DNA of 64,000 nt from NCBI GenBank assembly GCA_016839805.1, contig JAEOTO010000036.1, forward strand, positions 1 through 64,000, in the 5' to 3' direction. The position numbers and the translations under genes are program-made. A model generated the notes under the pieces. It was not told the origin of the DNA, searched no databases, and saw nothing but the letters and a program-made list of their open reading frames with translations. The stretch is from Candidatus Hermodarchaeota archaeon (GTDB taxonomy: Archaea; Asgardarchaeota; Hermodarchaeia; Hermodarchaeales; Hermodarchaeaceae). This document shows positions 59,623 to 64,000 of the stretch, piece after piece (the stretch's first letter is position 1; every line of letters starts with the position of its first letter).

Positions 59623-60171
59623 TTGAGTACAAATGAAGCAGAAAAAGTGCTTCAAGAAATTGAAGCATCACAGAATTACAATATCATTGGCAGACAACGA
59701 GGTCAAATTTTAGTCCGTTTAGCCCGCGAATTTCATCCGAGACGGATTCTGGAAGTTGGCACAAATGTAGGTTATTCAGCTATTCTAATGGGCAAGGAAT
59801 TGCCTTCCTGGACCAGTATTACTACAATTGAAATCAAGCTAAATTATGCAAAAGAAGCTAGGGAGAATATTAAACGTGCTGCTATTGAACCAACAGTAGA
59901 AGTACTCGTAGGTGATGCCCTTGAGATACTACCTACACTTAATGGGGATTTTGATCTGGTTTTTCTTGATGCAATCAAAACCCAATACCTGAGTTATTTG
60001 AAAGCATCAGAACCCCACCTATTTCGAGGAAGCATGGTCATCGCTGACAATGTTGTCCGCAGAAGTGAGGAAGTGAAAGATTATCTTGAGTATGTTCGTG
60101 AATCAGGAGAGTACACAAGTCGTATTATTTTAGTGGGGAATGACGGGGTTGAATTAAGTATCAAACGATGA
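59623..60171 (+). CDS. O-methyltransferase (Methyltransf_3/TrmR-like)
   Basis: LEVGTNVGYSA, FDLVFLDA.K, ADNV motifs. Confidence 0.88.
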   Translation: MSTNEAEKVLQEIEASQNYNIIGRQRGQILVRLAREFHPRRILEVGTNVGYSAILMGKELPSWTSITTIEIKLNYAKEARENIKRAAIEPTVEVLVGDALEILPTLNGDFDLVFLDAIKTQYLSYLKASEPHLFRGSMVIADNVVRRSEEVKDYLEYVRESGEYTSRIILVGNDGVELSIKR

Positions 60172-60270
60172 GTTCATCTGTCTAATTCGGCTTTTAATCC
60201 AACACAAAGAAACAAATAGCACTCACAATTAACCTCAACGTTAGTGATCAATTTCGAGATGATCGTGACC

Positions 60271-61338
60271 ATGGAAGCCTTTTTGAAAAAAACCCCGGGA
60301 CCTGGTGTTGAACGGGGCACTGTGGATAAACCTGGTTTTGAGGAAACTGATGTTCTCGTTGAGGTAAAAGGTGCTGCGATTTGCGGAACCGATGTTCACA
60401 TCTATGAATGGGATGATTGGGCGGCAAATCGTATTAAACCTCCACTCGTCGTGGGTCATGAAATGTCAGGGAAGGTTGTAGAGGTTGGAAAAAACGTCGA
60501 TCACATTACTATTGGTGACATGGTCTCAGCGGAAACCCATATTGTCGATCGCACATGTCTGCAATGTCTAACCGGTCGTGAACATGTCTGTCAACATATG
60601 ACTATCCTGGGAGTAGATCGGGACGGTGTATTTGCTGAATATGTATCAGTTCCTGCCCATAATGCGTGGAAAAATGACGCTGATTTAGATCCGGTTATCG
60701 GAGCAATACAGGAGCCCTTAGGGAATGCCGTGCAAACGTTGCTGCCAATTAATAATGTTGAGGATATCGCTGGACGCAATGTCGCAGTAATTGGTATGGG
60801 ACCAATTGGATTAATGGCGGTTGCTGTTGCAAAAGAACTGGGCGCAGACAGAGTCTTTGCTACTGCAGGTGGACGCAACAAAACACGTATGGAACTTGCT
60901 AAAGCGATGGGTGCTGATGAAGTTTTCAGTGCTCGGGAGTTAGGTCGTGAAGCCATTGTCAAAGCCATTCATGATTCCACGGATGGAAATGGTGTAGATG
61001 TTTCGGTGGAAATGAGTGGGCATCCTGATGGACTTGTTACTGCCTTTGAAATGCTCACGGCAGGCGGGCGAGTAAGCCTTCTAGGCGTATTTCCTCGACC
61101 CTTTGAAGTAGACCTGAACCGTTTAATGATTTTCAAAGCCGCCACCGTCTACGGTATTAGTGGACGACTCATGTATCGTACCTGGTTTCAGGTTCGAGGT
61201 CTCCTCCGTCGATCGCAACTCCGTGAAAAAGTCAGTAAAGTTGTTACGCATCGATTACCGATTCGAGACCTTGAACAGGGTTTTGACCTCATTCTTTCGA
61301 AGCAAGCTGCAAAAGTTGGTCTAACACCAAAGTGGTAA
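60271..61338 (+). CDS. tdh: L-threonine 3-dehydrogenase
   Basis: AICGTDVHIYEWDDWA, GHE, SAETH, QEPLGNAV, GISGR motifs. Confidence 0.9.
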   Translation: MEAFLKKTPGPGVERGTVDKPGFEETDVLVEVKGAAICGTDVHIYEWDDWAANRIKPPLVVGHEMSGKVVEVGKNVDHITIGDMVSAETHIVDRTCLQCLTGREHVCQHMTILGVDRDGVFAEYVSVPAHNAWKNDADLDPVIGAIQEPLGNAVQTLLPINNVEDIAGRNVAVIGMGPIGLMAVAVAKELGADRVFATAGGRNKTRMELAKAMGADEVFSARELGREAIVKAIHDSTDGNGVDVSVEMSGHPDGLVTAFEMLTAGGRVSLLGVFPRPFEVDLNRLMIFKAATVYGISGRLMYRTWFQVRGLLRRSQLREKVSKVVTHRLPIRDLEQGFDLILSKQAAKVGLTPKW

Positions 61339-61351
61339 TATATGTTAGTAC

Positions 61352-61990
61352 TTAGCTGGTTTCTTTTGTAAGGTTGTGTCCACACCCAGGACAGTATTGT
61401 TCATCACCAAAAAGACCATGAGCGCAAATTGGACATTGTGGTTGTGTACCCTCTGGACTTGTGAACTCTCTTTCAACCGTTGTGGTGATTGGTTCTAGAC
61501 CTATGGATCTGGGAATTGGTATCCAGAGGGCTATAAGAATCGCTGTGATTACAAGAAGGATTCCACCGATGACATGGGGAATAAATGGCAGAATACTCCA
61601 CACTGCGATAATGGCGTCAAGAACTATGGAGCCTCCTATTATCATGGGTGGTATAGTGAGAGCTCCGATAATAAAGAAGTAGATGGCAGCCGCAGTTTTG
61701 CGTTGTGCCCGTAGGATGGATAGTCCAATTGCAGGTCCCATAAATCCGATTATCGCCTTTATTGTAGGACTCATTACAAAGCTGAATCCATAAATCGGAT
61801 TGATAACAGAAAACATGGCCCAGCCAAGGACTGCCACTCCAGCAAAATTCACAAAGATTGCAATGCTAGCTAGAGTTGCTGCATATTGGCCAAACATATT
61901 GCGTTTAGTCAAATCAGCTTGATTCATAGTATCCGCATCCTCTTCCATTTGGATTGTTCTATTAGTTGGTGAGGTATTATCCCTCATCAA
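61352..61990 (-). CDS. Membrane protein with C-terminal zinc ribbon
   Basis: 4 TM segments + CPIC...YCPGCG. Confidence 0.7.
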   Translation of the reverse strand: MMRDNTSPTNRTIQMEEDADTMNQADLTKRNMFGQYAATLASIAIFVNFAGVAVLGWAMFSVINPIYGFSFVMSPTIKAIIGFMGPAIGLSILRAQRKTAAAIYFFIIGALTIPPMIIGGSIVLDAIIAVWSILPFIPHVIGGILLVITAILIALWIPIPRSIGLEPITTTVEREFTSPEGTQPQCPICAHGLFGDEQYCPGCGHNLTKETS

Positions 61991-62053
61991 ATAACTGAAA
62001 AAAAGCTTACTATATCTTGATAGTTTGATGATTCATCGAAGGTTTAAGAACTC

Positions 62054-62863
62054 TCAACCAAATGTGACATAGTAGAGTTCGGTTTTGATGCGCAAATGCT
62101 CCTTGTCATCTAAGCTCATAAACTGACTTGTAGCAAAAGTACGAACTTCCTGGATAATTTGACGGTGAATTACATCGGGTAAATTCTCCCACATCGAGGA
62201 AAAAACGCGTCGATCAAGATAAGAGAGGGTTTTTCGTAAGGAGATTTTCACATCGGTATGGATGTTATGAGTTTCGATTTGAGCCCCCTCAACCTTGAGT
62301 ACTTCGAATACCTCGGTGAGACGAGGTCCAGGATAATCATACACGTATCCCAGTTCTTCCCTTCTGCGAGTGTAAAACCGCATTAGGGTTGATACATGCG
62401 CTGGTGCTGGAATAATACCCATTACTAGTGTTCCATCTGGTCGTAGCACGCGCATCGCTTCAGACAAAACCTCCTTCCAATCTGAGAGTAAATGCAATAA
62501 ATGGATGAGAATGATACAAGAAAAGAGTCCTCGATGGAAAGGTAAGGCGATGGCATCTCCCGCCATCAAATTAGATCTAAAATATTTCCTTGACTGTTGG
62601 TTTAAACAGGCTTTCTCAAGCATCCCTTTAGAAATATCAATGCCGATAACAGGTATTTTTCGTTCAGCTAACTCACGTAGGAAACGACCGGCTCCACATC
62701 CCAGATCAATAACCAATGTGTGAGGTTTCAATCTACACGTGTTAGTAAAATCCTCCATTAATTCATTCATGAATTGAACAGAAAGACCACGACTAGCTTC
62801 ATACTCTTCGGCAACATGCCCATAGTCGATGCGTAATTGAGGAGAATCCACGGAATCACTCAT
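62054..62863 (-). CDS. Class I SAM-dependent methyltransferase (UbiE-like)
   Basis: IDLGCGAG, GIDIS..ML, GDA..LPF, RVLRPDG motifs. Confidence 0.9.
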   Translation of the reverse strand: MSDSVDSPQLRIDYGHVAEEYEASRGLSVQFMNELMEDFTNTCRLKPHTLVIDLGCGAGRFLRELAERKIPVIGIDISKGMLEKACLNQQSRKYFRSNLMAGDAIALPFHRGLFSCIILIHLLHLLSDWKEVLSEAMRVLRPDGTLVMGIIPAPAHVSTLMRFYTRRREELGYVYDYPGPRLTEVFEVLKVEGAQIETHNIHTDVKISLRKTLSYLDRRVFSSMWENLPDVIHRQIIQEVRTFATSQFMSLDDKEHLRIKTELYYVTFG

Positions 62864-63135
62864 ACTCGTCTCAAAAAGAAACGGTTTTTTCCTATCTAAA
62901 GGGTTGTGTTCCTAGGCTTTCGTCGTCCTAAATTTCTGTTTTTCCTTACGACAAATGATCCCGCCATAAAAGCCGGTGTCTTCACCGTGCAACTTTGTCC
63001 CTATCGCACAGCCTTGCGACAATGAAGCATTTCCCTCAAATTGAATCCCTTGTCAATACATTCACTGGGTTTCCACATTCCGGTAACCATTTAAAACCTC
63101 CTAAATAGAAGTGCACCCAAAGGAGCGTTGCGAAC

Positions 63136-64000
63136 ATGACACGTGATCCAACAGCCTTTCTGAAAGAAGAGTATGAAGAGCTAGTCAAACAAGCCTTAGA
63201 TTGGAGGCTCCGTGAACTCCAAGGCCCCAGCTCCCCCAGAGCCATGGTGGACGGCAAAGAAGTCATCATGCTCTGTAGTAACAATTACCTCGGATTGAGT
63301 AACCATCCCAAACTCAAACAAGCAGCTATTAACGCCATCAAAACGCATGGTGTTGGAAGTGGCAGCGTCCGCCCCATTGCTGGGAACATGGACCTTCACG
63401 AAGAACTCGAACGCAGACTGGCGAAATTCAAGGGAGCTGAAGCTAGCCTCGTTTATCAGACTGGATTTGCAGCTAATGCGGGTCTAATTCCACAAATGGC
63501 AGGAAAAGGTGATCTCATCATCAGCGACGAACTTAACCATGGATCTATCATTGATGGCGTTCGATTAACTCGAGCTGAACGGGCGATCTTCAAACACGCC
63601 GATGCCCCGGATCTCAATCGGGTGTTAAATGAAGCGAAAAAACATAAACCAAAATATCGTCGCATTCTCGTTATCACTGACGGCGTCTTCAGTATGGATG
63701 GCGATATTGCCCCCCTAGACCAAATTGTCAAAATTGCTAAACCCCACGGTGCCATAGTGTATGTCGATGATGCCCACGGTGAAGCAGTTCTTGGTGAAGG
63801 AGGAAGAGGGATAGTCTCACACTTCAACCTCTCACACAAAGACGTCCACGTAGAAATGGGCACTTTCAGCAAAGCCTTCGGCGTCGTCGGTGGACATGTA
63901 TCCGGTAGCGAATGGCTCCGAAAATATGCTCTGAATAAATCCCGCACCTGGCTCCTCAGCGGCTCCCACCCACCCCCTGTAGCCGCTGCATGCATTGCCG
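63136..64000 (+). CDS. kbl: Glycine C-acetyltransferase (2-amino-3-ketobutyrate CoA ligase), truncated by window end
   Basis: Not in track. AGGAG then ATG 63136: MTRDPTAFLKEEY...CSNNYLGL...SDELNHGSIIDG...DGVFSMDGD...DDAHGE...GTFSKA. Confidence 0.88.
   Translation, partial: MTRDPTAFLKEEYEELVKQALDWRLRELQGPSSPRAMVDGKEVIMLCSNNYLGLSNHPKLKQAAINAIKTHGVGSGSVRPIAGNMDLHEELERRLAKFKGAEASLVYQTGFAANAGLIPQMAGKGDLIISDELNHGSIIDGVRLTRAERAIFKHADAPDLNRVLNEAKKHKPKYRRILVITDGVFSMDGDIAPLDQIVKIAKPHGAIVYVDDAHGEAVLGEGGRGIVSHFNLSHKDVHVEMGTFSKAFGVVGGHVSGSEWLRKYALNKSRTWLLSGSHPPPVAAACIA

Noticed and set aside
63456-63995. 179-aa minus-strand ORF
   Set aside because: Shadow of kbl on the plus strand.

Overview
Gene-dense archaeal chromosome segment, very probably from an Asgard archaeon. 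Archaeal markers are G1P dehydrogenase egsA, TFB, archaeal/eukaryote-type TrpRS and ProRS, and an intron-containing tRNA-Trp with encoded CCA. The Asgard call rests on several eukaryotic-signature-like proteins: a longin-Arf GTPase fusion, a longin-roadblock-tandem winged-helix protein, a longin-Yip1-like fusion, a Sec23/24-like Zn-finger/vWA protein and a single-domain gelsolin-like protein. About 55 CDS cover housekeeping, redox, corrinoid methyltransfer, transport and surface functions. There is one tnpB-only IS200/IS605-family element and an orphan N6-adenine DNA methyltransferase. No CRISPR array or rRNA was seen. The top candidate for an undescribed system is a two-gene putative actin-regulator unit at 13830-14414: a ProGel-like gelsolin/cofilin-fold protein followed by a 58-aa actobindin/beta-thymosin(WH2)-like microprotein. 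All assignments come from motif recognition by eye and from memory; no searches were run.
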